Assembly (NCBI GenBank): GCA_028534125.1
Contig: CM052817.1
Coordinates: 43,774,001 to 43,838,000 of the forward strand
Source of the DNA: Lama glama
Taxonomy: Eukaryota
Reading direction: 5' to 3'
Length of the DNA stretch: 64,000 nucleotides
The position numbers were made by a program, and so were the translations under genes. The notes below the pieces were generated by a model that ran no database searches, was not told where the DNA came from, and was given only the letters and a program-made list of their open reading frames with translations. Positions within the stretch are counted from its first letter, which is position 1. Each line of letters starts with the position of its first letter. Below, one piece after another: positions 52,791 through 64,000 of the stretch.

Positions 52791-53278
52791 GTGGGCTTAG
52801 TTGCATCAATTGGCCCCAATTTTTTATCCTCTCTATTCAAGTCCCTTTACTAAGTGACTTTGCAGTTCCTTCCACTTAAAAAGGTGCAGTATATTTCCCA
52901 GGACCTTGGTTTGGTCATGTGACTAGTAAGCCAACAGAATGAAGCAAGTGACAGCTTCTCTGCTCTAAGCTTAGGCCGTAAGAGGCTTTATCTGTTTCTA
53001 CCTGTATGTTTGCATTTCTGCCATTTTCATAAGAACATGCCTAGGCTAGCCCAAAGGTGGGAGGATGAGAGGCACGTAAAACAGAGCTGCCCCCACAGAG
53101 CCCCAGGCTAGATTAGACAATTCTCAGCTCACCTGCAGACTCACAGAGACACAGCAAGCCCAGCCAAGGTCAGCCAAGACACCTACCCAAACCTAGCTTA
53201 GAACAGCTCACCCATATGTGTGTGCAATGATAAACAATTGTAGGGTGGCTTATTACATAGCAAACCCTAACAAGATGC
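52791..53278 (+). mobile_element. MaLR solo LTR (MLT1H/G-like)
   Basis: gtgactttgcagttcctt, ggtcatgtgact, aagaacatgcctaggctagcc, gatgagaggcacgt..cagagc. Confidence 0.75.
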
Positions 53279-53455
53279 TTACAAAAATATCTAAGAAAAT
53301 ATGTTCAACAGGTAAATGCAGGTTAAAGTTTGAAGCTAAGACAGAACTAGAGGTGACATATTTTCTCAGTATTAATTCAAATCACACCTATAATCTTTTA
53401 ACCATACAAGTTTTTTTATCAATGAAACAATATTCTAGAGAGATGTTTGGCTTCT

Positions 53456-53950
53456 CTGGTAGACAGAATAAAAGCTTCCCAAAGATGTCCATCCATATCT
53501 ACATGGCAAAAAGGACTATGTAGATATTATTAAGACTAAATAACCTGAGATGGGGACAGTATCCTGGATTATCCAGGTGGTCCTAATCTAATCACACAGT
53601 CCTTGAAAGCAGAAAAACTTTCCCCTTTCATATCTGCATCTGACAGAGATGGGAAGAGACAGGAGAAATTTGAGCATAGGACTCAATATGCCATTCCTCA
53701 CTCTGAAGATGGAAGAAGGCGGAGCCACTGAGCCAAGGAATGTGGCAGCCTCTAGAAGCTGGGAATGGTAAAGAAACAGATTCTCTCCTAGAGCCTCTAG
53801 AAAGGAACAAAGCTCTGATGACACCTCGATTTTAGCCCACTGAGATCCATGTTGGACTTCTGATATACAGAACTGCAAGATAATAAACTTGTGTTGTTTT
53901 AAGCCATGAGGTTGGTGGTAATTTGTTACAGCAGCAATACAAAATTAATA
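53456..53950 (+). mobile_element. MaLR solo LTR (MLT1D-like)
   Basis: atcctggattatccaggtgg, gccaaggaatgtggcagcctctagaagctgg, ttggacttctga, gtggtaatttgttacagcagcaata. Confidence 0.88.
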
Positions 53951-55499
53951 TGGGCTCCTATAAAATATATGTGAAAGAAATAGATGATAGTAAAATGATT
54001 TTAAAAAAAAACCCTCAAAAACCAATCCAACATATAATCCATTCTCACTTATAGCCTTAATGAATCCTTATTACCACACTAATAATAGTATCCTCCCAAC
54101 TAATGAGCAATTCAACAGAATAGCAGATAATGACAGTGCTCATTTTTAATGGGACACAGGTGTCCTACTGGACTGATGACAAGTCTTAGTATGTGCCCAA
54201 GTGGATGGATGCAACATGCCTCAATACAACTTGGAAGTATGCCACAAAATTCTGAAATCTTCCAAACGGGAAATCACACTTTACATTTAGTAAAAGAGCA
54301 ATGAGGCCAACAGAAGAAGGAGCCTAGATGGCCTGTTTTAGTGATAAACTCTCTAAAATAAACAAATGAATAAATATTCTAGTTATTACCTACAGATTTA
54401 GTTTACACAAGTGCTGATTTTACCACTGAATTTTTAATCATGGCTGAACCTGTCCGTTTAATTTGCAATTAATAATACAAAGTTCCCAGAAGTTAAAATA
54501 TGATTTTTAAATTAATAAATATTTGCAAACCCCTAAAGTCTGATACATAAAGAGACTGGGTTGGGTATACAGTGGTTTACTTATATATACTTTGGACCTT
54601 GTTTCACAAAGTATTTGAGATGGTTCAGTGAAAATATTGTTAAGTTACAAACAGAACACTGTTAAGTATAACATCATTATAACAGAGCAAATAGGACTCT
54701 AAGGAAAACACTTTATTCCAAAAATTTTTAAAAAACTTGCAATTGAATAAAATCTGTCAATAATAATTAATTTTATAAACCCATCACCTGTTTCCATGAC
54801 CGTCCAAAAATTGTCTGTTTTTATTCATATGAATCACATCCACAAGCACTTTATTGTTCATGCAATTATGTAAAGTCCTATCAAGAGGGCTTAAATACTA
54901 TGAATCTCAGGGAATAAAACAATCATACTAGAAAGGTTTTGGGGAAGGTGAGGGAGAAACACCTGGCAGTCTGAATTAAAGAGAACATAATTCAGCTGCA
55001 GTTGCCTGGGTAACTAAACCACATAGATTAAATGAGTAATAAGAGACTGTATTCAGGTAATAACTTCCTCCCTGCCTCCCCTGTCTCTTAACTTCGAAAG
55101 CGTGAAAGGAAAAATAATTCTATGGTTATACCCAAATAAAACAAGATTAAGAAAAAATTCAGTCCTATGATAAATCTCACTATGAGACCTTTGAAAATCT
55201 GTCACCCCAGAGATCCAAGTCCTTTTAAGGCTAAAGAACCCTTTACATTGAGGAATTGGGGTGAGGGGTGGGAACCGCAGTCAAACTAAATTGAACTAAA
55301 GAGAACTAAGGAGGAAATGCCTAGGGCATATAACTATTAATGGAATATCAATGTCTGGAATTCTTATATCTCAGTGTAATCACATAAATAAATGCACCAA
55401 CATCTCTGATGCTGGTTTATTCATTAAACTAAATGCAGAAGTTCTGCTTACACTTAACGATGTAAAAACTGACAGAATGAAACCCAGTCAATAATAATC

Positions 55500-56613
55500 C
55501 AAATAAAAGCTGGAAAGAACATTAATAATGACAGAGTCAGATAAAAGCACAACTTTTCCTGAACCTATAAAAGAGCTGAGATAGCAGGGCAACCAAGTAG
55601 GCCTGAAATCTAAGGAGTCAATCTCCCCACAGCCCCACTCCACATGCATCCTGCCAGGATGGTCTCACCCATAGCAGAGAATGAGGAAGGCAAGCAGGTA
55701 AGAAAAAAAAAACATCAGCTTAACTTTTAGTGCTAGTGTGACAGTATAAAACCCCTGAGAGATCCAGACACAAGGGGAGTTCACACTCAATGCATGGGCC
55801 CTTTCCACAGATCCCCCACTAGGTGTTCCCAGGAAAGACTGGAGTAGGCCAAGAGACTAGAACGCCTCCCTCGAGGGTGCAGCACGTAGATCTCTCACTG
55901 GTGCTGCCAATAACTGTAAAACCTTCTAGGAAACAGGTAAACACCCACTGTGTGTAGGGGAATGAAAGAAGAAAAAAACCACTAAGACTTCTATCCTGGG
56001 GCAGGGGTTGGGGTTGAGGAGGGCAGGTGGCACAGTAACCTCTATAAATAAAGCTACGGAAGGGTCCAGATACTCTGGCACATGACCTGCGAGAGATATA
56101 TACCATGAAGGGGAGAAGAATAGTGAGAAAATCTCATCCCCAAGGACCAGTGACACTGGGCCTACTTAAGACAAAGGATGGATTTGGGAAACAGAAACCC
56201 TCCTTCACCCATCATCTGCCTGAGAGCACTGAGTAATAAGCAACAGCAGTCTTCTGCTAGGGGAGGAACAAGAGCATGGAGAGTGAGCCCCTCCTGAGGC
56301 ACAGACAAGGCAGAAAACTGAGCATGGAACAGGAACACAGAGGGAAAAAAACTTCCAGCAACCCAGCCCCCACCCTAAGCACTAGGTAACAGTACAGAAA
56401 TTTGAAGCTGGTGGTGGTAACCATAGCAACAAAAACCCCAAACCCAGCTCAACCTCTGACGGGACTGAATCTACGCTGTGACACAAGAGGAGGCATGTCC
56501 TCTTCCAGGCCCAAATACTATGTATTTCAGTCTCAACTGTTCTACACAAGATATCTAGAAGTCAATGAAAAATTTTGAGACATACAAAGAAACAAGAAAA
56601 AGAACCTATAGTC
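55500..56613 (+). mobile_element. Older L1M 5'UTR / ORF1-start remnant (target of the young L1)
   Basis: aaagagctgagatagcagggcaacc; ends with ORF1-like aaaattttgagacatacaaagaaacaagaaaa. Confidence 0.55.
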
Positions 56614-57880
56614 AAGAGAGAAGCAGAGAAGGGGGCCAAGATGGCGTAGTAGAAGGATGCTCGTAGCTCCCCTCTCCCACAAATACACCAAAACTCACAT
56701 CCATGGACCCATTCAGCCAACCCGAGCACCTGCCGAACTCTGACAGAACATCGCCCTCTTCAAAAAACGCTGCCAAAAATCTGGTAGAAGAAAAGGCAAA
56801 ACAGTGAGGGACCTGTCCCAAGGGAGGGAGCGGCAAAGGAGGACTAGCATTCGTTCACTGTGTCTCCCCTTCTCCAACGGAGAGGCCAGTGGGACAGAGG
56901 GGGAGCCTCCAAGGCTGAGATCTATACAGAGCACCCTTGACCAACAGAACTAAGTTAAACGGGCACAGAGGGTCCCTGCAACACCCAGCCCGAGACCCGA
57001 GCCGGCAGCTAGGGGACAGGACAGGTTGCCCAAGCTGGGCGGAGGACTGGGGCAGCTGCACTGAGGCAGCCCCGGGAGACCGCAGGGTGCTGTGCGCCGT
57101 GGAGGAGTGGGTACACAGGGGAAAACAACCTCGGCCCTCCATAAAACAACACGGCTGATGTGCCCTGGGGGGAAGGGTGCCATACCCCCCATCTCTGAAA
57201 ACCTGTGGAAGGTTTTTGGGTGAAGAGAGGCAGGGCTTAGGCGCAGAGGCCATATCCTCCAGTGTTTAGCACCCAGGCAGGGGCAGGGTCAAAACCTGAA
57301 TCAGTACTTAAGGGCATAGCAGCCTCAAAGGCCAAACGGAGACTTGTTTACAGCCCGAGTCAGACAGGACCTTTCTGCCCTGGTACCTCAGAGAACTCGC
57401 ACCGCCAAGACAAACAAGGAGCTGAGTTTTGGCATGGACCAGGGGCAGGGCTATTCCATGGTCTTCCCCGAGCCTGCCTACAGAGCGAGGACCCAAGACG
57501 GAGCAGGCAGCTGCATACAGCAAGGTAGAGACCAGCGCCAGGAGAGGGCGGGTGACCATCCGCCTTCCTGGGAGGAACGCAGCACCTGATTGGGGTGCTG
57601 GGAGGGGGCGCGATCCACCTGCCTACCTTGCCTGAGCACAGCATCTGACTGCTGCATTGGGAGGCAGAGTGACCGGCCCACCGCAAAGGAGAGCAGCACC
57701 TGACTGCAGTGTTAGGAGGGGGCACAATCTGCTTGCCAACAGGCACTGGGAGCAACACAGACAAGGGCGCCAAAGGAAGGCCTCTGAAAACAGCAAGCTG
57801 AGTTCGTGAAACACCGTGAAGACAGAAAGACTTCTCAATAAAATCATAAGAGCACACAGTCTCCACGAGAATACCCCCCT

Positions 57881-58562
57881 TTTTTTATCTGTTCTATTTT
57901 CAATTACCTTTGTAATTTTTACTTTTTAAACAATTATATATGCTAACAGTTTTAATCCCTTTTAAATTTTACTTTTAAAATATTTTTATCAGTATTATTT
58001 TTTAAAAATTCACCTCATTTCATTTTTATTTCTCTTGGTTTTGATCTCTTGCTATTGATTACACACAGGTTTAAATTTCTTTTTGCCCTCCTCTCCTTTT
58101 TTAAAGGGCTTTAAAAGACGTCTCAACCCGATTGCTATTCTGCTTCAACTTACTCATCTATTATTGGTTATACACTGTTTTCAATTTTTTTCTCCCTTCT
58201 TTTAAAATTCTTTTTATTTTATTTTTTTATCTGCTCTATTTTCTATTACCTTTTTAATTTTTACTTTTTAAACTGTATATGCTTTGACTTTTCCGCCCTT
58301 TTAAATTTTTCTTTTAAACTATTTTTATTATTACTATTTTTAAAAGTCCACCTTATTTCATTTTCACTTCTCTTGGTTTTGATCTCCTGTTATTGATTAT
58401 ACACAGGTTCCAAATATTGTTTTTTGCTTTTTTCCTTTTTTTACGGTTTTTAAAAAGACATCTCAACTTGATTGCTAATCTGATTCAAATTGCTCTTCTA
58501 TTATTGATTATACACTGTTTTCAAACCTTTTTTCCTCCCTTCTTTTAAAATTCTTTCTCTTT
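57881..58562 (+). repeat. Tandem duplication of a ~340-bp T-rich unit in the L1 5'UTR
   Basis: Both units begin ttttttatctg(t/c)tctatttt and share tctcttggttttgatctc, aaaagac(g/a)tctcaac and tatacactgttttcaa. Confidence 0.9.
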
Positions 58563-58667
58563 CTTTTTTTTAAGTTTTATTCCTGCATAGGCGTTAGATA
58601 GATAAACAAACTCCTTAAGGACCACAATAGATAATTGATACTCCATAAGCCACAGTGCCAGAGAGAT

Positions 58668-59555
58668 ATGAGCAAGATAAAGAAACAGAGGAACCACTCC
58701 CAATTAAAAGAGCAAGAGAAAACCCCTAAAAGAATGATCAATGAAATAGACATTGATGGCCTACTACATCAAGATTTCAAAGGAGTGATCAAAGTACTGA
58801 AGGAACTAAAAGAGATAGTGTTTAGAGATATAAAATATGTCAAAAATGAAATTGAAGCTATAAAGAAGAACCAAGTAGAACTGGTAAACTCATTGGCTGA
58901 GATGAGAGCTGATCTAAAGGCTGTACAAAGCAGACTAGATAATGCAGAGGAAGGACTAACTGACCTAGAAGACAAGACAACAGAAAGCACCCAATCAGAA
59001 CAGCTGAGAGAAAAACAAATAAAAACAACATAAGGGACCTATGGGATAATATAAAAAGTGCCAACCTATGCATAATAGGGGTTCCATAAGGGGAAGAAAG
59101 AGCAAAGGGGACTGAAAAGGTATTGAAAGAAATCATGACTGAAAACTTCCCGAACTTAGAGAAGAAATCAGATATCTAAGTACAGGAAGCTCAGAGTGTC
59201 CCAAATAGGAAGAACCCAAACAGACCCTTACCAAGACATTTCTAATCAAGGTGGCCAGAGTCAAGGATGAAGAAATGATCCTAAAGGTAGCAAGAGAAAA
59301 GCAAAGAGTGAGTTACAAGGGAACCCCCTTAAGGCTCTCAGCTGACTTCTCCACACAAACGCTACAGGCCAGAAGGGAGTGGCAAGATATATTCAAAGTC
59401 CTGAATGAAAAAAGATGCAGCCTAGGATACTTTATCCAGCAACGTTATCCTTTAGGTTAGAAGGAGAGAGAAAGAATTTCACAGACAAGAAAAAACTAAA
59501 AGAGTTTAGCAACACTAAACCCATGCTAAAAGAAATATTGAAAGGTCTACTCTAA
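58668..59555 (+). pseudogene. Disrupted L1 ORF1p
   Basis: MSKIKKQRNHSQLKEQ.. coiled coil; ..ILKVAREKQRVSYKGTPLRLSADFS..ARREWQDIFKVL..; ends EILKGLL*; several frameshifts and stops. Confidence 0.92.
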
Positions 59556-59963
59556 ATAGAAAACAAGCAGGATGCTACAGAAATGAGAAACTCAAAACTG
59601 GAAAGGTGATAACTACCATGAATTACAAATAGAATAAACACAAAATTGTAAAAGAAGACATCTAAGTCATTAAGAGTGGGAGAAGGAAGCAAGAAAATAT
59701 AGAGTATTTTTTTTCTTTCTTTTAAAAATTTTTTTTTCTCAGTAGGATGGGTTTGAGATTATATTACTATCTGTTTAATAAAAACAGTTACAGTAATGGG
59801 CTAATAGACTTACAAAAAAGGGTACCCACAAGCCAAAAACTTACAAGGGGTCACAAAAACTAAATAAAATCCATGATAATACAAAGGAAAACTACCAAAC
59901 CACGAAAGGAAGAAGAAAGGAACAAAGAGGAAATACCAAATCAACTGCAAAGAGAAGTTCAAA

Positions 59964-62750
59964 ATGGCAATAAACACACATCTATCATTAATTACTGTAA
60001 ATGTTAATGGACTAAATGTTCCAATCAAAAGCCATAAAGTGGCAGATTGGATAATAAAGCAAGAACCTTCAATATGCTGCACACAAGAGACCACCTATAG
60101 GGAGAAGGACACATATAGATTGAGAGAGAAAGGATGGAAAAGGATATTCCATGCAAATGGAAAAGCCAAAAAAAGCAGGTGTAGCAGTAATGATTTCAGA
60201 CAAAACAGACTTTAAAACAAAGGCCATAAAGAAAGATAAAGGACAGTTTATAATGATTAAAGGAGTAGTACAAGATGAGGATATTACACTCGTTAATATA
60301 TATGCACCCAATATAGGAGCACCTAAGTACATAAAACAACTACTAACAGAGATAAAGTGGGATACTGATGGGAATACAATCATTGTCAGAGATTTTAACA
60401 CCGCATTAACATCACTAGACAAATCTTCCAGACAGAAAATAAAGAGAAATTAAATAATACAATAGAAAAGTTAGATTTCAGGACATTTTCAGAGCATTAC
60501 ACTCCCAAAAAATAAAATACACATTCCTTTCAAATGAACATGGAACATTTTCTAGGATTGATCATGCTTGGGCACAAAAGAAGCCTCAACAATTTTAAGA
60601 AGATGGAAATTATCTCAAGCATCTTTACTGACCACAATGCCATGAAACTAAAAATCAACTACAGAGAAACAAAGGAGAAAAAAAGGAAAGCATGGAGATT
60701 AACAACATGCTATTAAAAAAAATCCAATGGGTCGATGATGAACTCAAAGTTGAAATTAAAAAATACCTTGAGACAAATGAGAACACAACCACACAAAATT
60801 TATGGGACGCAGCAAAGGCAGTACTAAGAGGGAAATTTATAGCGATGCAGGCCTTCCTCAAAAAAGAACAATCTCTAATAAACAATCTAACCCACCAGCT
60901 AAAACAATTAGAAAAAGAAGAGCAAAAAACCCCAAAAGGCAGCAGAAGGAAGGAAATTATAAAGATTAGGGAGGAAATAAATAAAATAGAGATTAAAAAA
61001 AAAAGAAAAAATCAATCAAACCAAAAGCTGGTTTTTTTGAAAAAGTAAATAAAATCAACAAACCTCTGGCAAAACTCACAAAGAAGAAAAAAAGAGCACA
61101 AATAAGCAAAATAGAAAGGAAAATGGAGAAATTACAACACATAAAATAGAAATACAGACTATCATACAAGAATTTTACAAAAAACTATATGGAACCAAAA
61201 TGGATAACCTAGAGGAGATGGACAAGTTTCTGGAAACACACAGTCCACCAAGGCTGAAGCAAGAATAAACTGACCATTTGAACAAACCAATCACTAGAAA
61301 TGAAATTGAATTACCAATAAACAAAAAATCTCTCTACAAATAAAAGTCCAGGACCAGACGGCTTCACCATGGAATTCTACCAAACATACAAAGAACTCAT
61401 ACCAGTCCTTCTCAAACTCTTCCAGACGATTGAAAAGGAGGGAATACTCCCAAACTCATTCTATGAAGGCACCATCACCCTGATACCAAAACTAGGCAAA
61501 GACACTGCTCAAAAAGAGAATTATAGGCCAATATCACTGATGAACATAGATGCAAAAATCCACACCGAAATTTCAGCAAATAAAATCCAAATGCATATTA
61601 AAAAGATTATACATCATGATCAAGTGGGGTTCATCCCAGGGACACAAGGGTGGCTCAACATATGCAAATTAATCAATGTAATACATTACATCAACAAGAG
61701 AAAGGACAAAAACCACATGGTCATCTCAATAGATGCAGAAAACACATTTGATAAAATTCAACATCCATTCTCACCAAAGTGGGTATAGAGGGAACATATC
61801 TCAACATAATAAAAGCTATATATGACAAACCTACAGCCAGCATAGTACTCAACGGTGAAAAATTCAAAAGCTTCCCAAAAAATCTGGGACAAGACAAGGA
61901 TGCCCACTAACACCACTTCTATTCAACATAGTCTTGGAAGTGTTAGCCACAGCAATCAGGCAAGAGAGAGAAATAAACAGGATCCAAATTGGAAAAGAAG
62001 AGGTAAAAGTGTCACTATACGCTGATGACATGTTACTATATATAGAAAACCCTAAAAGGTCCACACAAACACCACTAGAGCTGATCGAAGAATTCAGCAA
62101 GGTAGGAGGTTACAAGAATAAATTCAAAAATCAGTTGCATTTCCTTACACTAACGATGAATCAACAGGAAAAGAAAGTAAAGAAACAATCCCCTTTAAAA
62201 CAGCACCTAAAGTAACAAAATACCTAGGAATAAATCTAACCAAGGAAGTGAAAGAATTATACACAGAAAACTATAAAACGCTGATGAAGGAAATTAAAGA
62301 AAACTTTAAAAAATGGAAAGACAGCCCATGCTCCTGGATTGGAAGAATCAATGTTGTTAAAATGGTCACACTGACCAAGGCAACCTACAGATTTAAGGCA
62401 ACCCCTATCAAGTTACCCAGAACATATTTCACAGAACTAGAACAAATCCTAATAAAATTTATATGGAACCACAAAAGACCTACAATTGCCAAAGCATTAC
62501 TGAAGAAAAAGAAAAAGGCTGGAGGAATAACTCCCCCAGACTTCAGAAAAAACTACAGAGCTACAGTCATCAAGACAGCATGGTATTGGTACAAAAACAG
62601 ACATATAGACCAATGGAACAGAATAGAGAGCCCAGAAATGAACCCACAAACTTTTGGTCAACTCATCTTCGACAAAGGAGGCAAGAATATACAATGGAAT
62701 AAAGACAGTCTCTTCAGCAAATGGTGTTGGGAAAACTGGACAGCAGCATG
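59964..62750 (+). pseudogene. Disrupted L1 ORF2p (APE endonuclease and reverse transcriptase), cut by the gap
   Basis: [59 protein letters not shown], spread over several frames. Confidence 0.95.
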
Positions 62751-63250
62751 NNNNNNNNNNNNNNNNNNNNNNNNNNNNNNNNNNNNNNNNNNNNNNNNNN
62801 NNNNNNNNNNNNNNNNNNNNNNNNNNNNNNNNNNNNNNNNNNNNNNNNNNNNNNNNNNNNNNNNNNNNNNNNNNNNNNNNNNNNNNNNNNNNNNNNNNNN
62901 NNNNNNNNNNNNNNNNNNNNNNNNNNNNNNNNNNNNNNNNNNNNNNNNNNNNNNNNNNNNNNNNNNNNNNNNNNNNNNNNNNNNNNNNNNNNNNNNNNNN
63001 NNNNNNNNNNNNNNNNNNNNNNNNNNNNNNNNNNNNNNNNNNNNNNNNNNNNNNNNNNNNNNNNNNNNNNNNNNNNNNNNNNNNNNNNNNNNNNNNNNNN
63101 NNNNNNNNNNNNNNNNNNNNNNNNNNNNNNNNNNNNNNNNNNNNNNNNNNNNNNNNNNNNNNNNNNNNNNNNNNNNNNNNNNNNNNNNNNNNNNNNNNNN
63201 NNNNNNNNNNNNNNNNNNNNNNNNNNNNNNNNNNNNNNNNNNNNNNNNNN
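62751..63250. other. Assembly gap (500 N)
   Basis: Run of exactly 500 n. Confidence 1.
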
Positions 63251-63307
63251 AAAAAAAAAGAAAAAGAGAGAAGCAGAAACAGTCAGAGGTGCTTCTGGCA
63301 AACCATG

Positions 63308-63333
63308 GGTGTGTGTGTATATGTATGTATGTA

Positions 63334-63382
<49 letters not shown>

Positions 63383-63383
63383 G
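63308..63383 (+). repeat. Compound (TG)n/(TATG)n/(TA)n microsatellite
   Basis: gtgtgtgtatatgtatgtatgtatgtgtgt..(gt)n(at)n. Confidence 0.95.
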
Positions 63384-63819
63384 TTAAAAACGTGGGCACT
63401 CTCACTCACTGCTGGGTAGGGATGTAAATTGGTATATCCATTACTCCTCCAACTTTTCAACAACAAAAAAGAATCCAGGTACTATACAGACTCAAAGAAA
63501 GCTTCTATTCTAGTTACATTCCTGCCTCCTCTCTCTCCATCCTGTATTCAAACCATATCATTCACTTCTATGTCTTTGCACCACTGAAATACCTTTCTCT
63601 CAATTCTCCTGCAAGATTCCATCTATCTTTCAGGAATCACCTCAAATACTTCTTGCCGTATTCTCCTTCAGGAAAAATTAACTAACCTTCCATCTGTGAT
63701 TCCATAAAATTTGGTCCATTCCTCTACTATAATAGTTAAAACACATTAAAATTATAGTGCAAGGGAGGTTGTCAAAAAAAAGTTATAGTGCAGATATGTG
63801 CTGACTGATAATGTATAAA

Positions 63820-64000
63820 CAGCTTCTACTAATCAACAACAAAAAAATGGGAATAAGACATGAACAGAAAATTGACAGTAAAGAAAATATAAAAGGCTTT
63901 TAAACATATAAACGACCTCAATAATAATAAAAAATACAAATTAAAACCAAGATGATACCATTTAGTACCTATCAAATAGGCAAAGTTCAAAAATTTTGAT
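63820..64000 (+). mobile_element. Old L1M ORF2 3' fragment
   Basis: agacatgaacaga, taaacatataaa, caaattaaaacca..gataccattt. Confidence 0.7.

Larger units (their letters stand above)
56628..63263 (+). mobile_element. Full-length, inactivated lineage-specific LINE-1, antisense to MRPL1
   Basis: 5' end ggccaagatggcg (YY1 motif), CpG-rich 5'UTR, ORF1 and ORF2 relics, A tail after the gap; perfect TSD aagagagaagcaga at 56614-56627 and 63264-63277. Confidence 0.95.

Noticed and set aside
56612..57866. Minus-strand ORFs (up to 168 aa) in the L1 5'UTR as an ORF0 analogue
   Set aside because: The ones I checked (56612..56836 and 57360..57866) begin with TTG or GTG, the sequence is GC-rich, and there is no similarity to known proteins.
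62248..63466. Long ORFs of 232-379 aa
   Set aside because: Inflated by the 500-N gap; the real part is L1 ORF2 relic.
51062..64000. MRPL1 exons 1-2 and promoter
   Set aside because: No sequence encoding the expected N-terminus (..RHFAAA..) was seen. The CpG-rich stretch at 56.6-57.8 kb is the L1 5'UTR, not the gene promoter.

Overview
AT-rich, repeat-dense mammalian genomic DNA, most likely from a camelid, judged from two vic-1-type tRNA-Ala-derived SINEs and artiodactyl-type L1 3' ends. The window holds the 3' part of MRPL1 (mitochondrial ribosomal protein uL1m) on the minus strand. There are seven coding exons, equivalent to human exons 3-9, at 51061-50803, 48203-48120, 46832-46761, 43498-43387, 31035-30929, 9253-9172 and 7668-7559. 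All have GT-AG boundaries and consistent phases, and an AATAAA signal follows at 7390-7385. Exons 1-2 are not in the window. The rest is intronic or downstream DNA filled with L1, L2, MIR, MER58/MER5/MER102 and LTR relics, including a full-length but inactivated L1 (56628-63263, perfect 14-bp TSD) that spans a 500-N assembly gap. I found no convincing novel multi-gene system. The best leads are: a stop-gain that trims 3 residues from MRPL1 while the ancestral stop remains in frame; a GC-rich poly(A)-tailed island that looks like an mRNA 3'UTR retrocopy; two poly(A)-tailed LTR-derived retroposons; and an antisense L1 placed to drive chimeric MRPL1 transcripts. Repeat family names come from my recollection of consensus sequences, and their boundaries are approximate unless a TSD is quoted.
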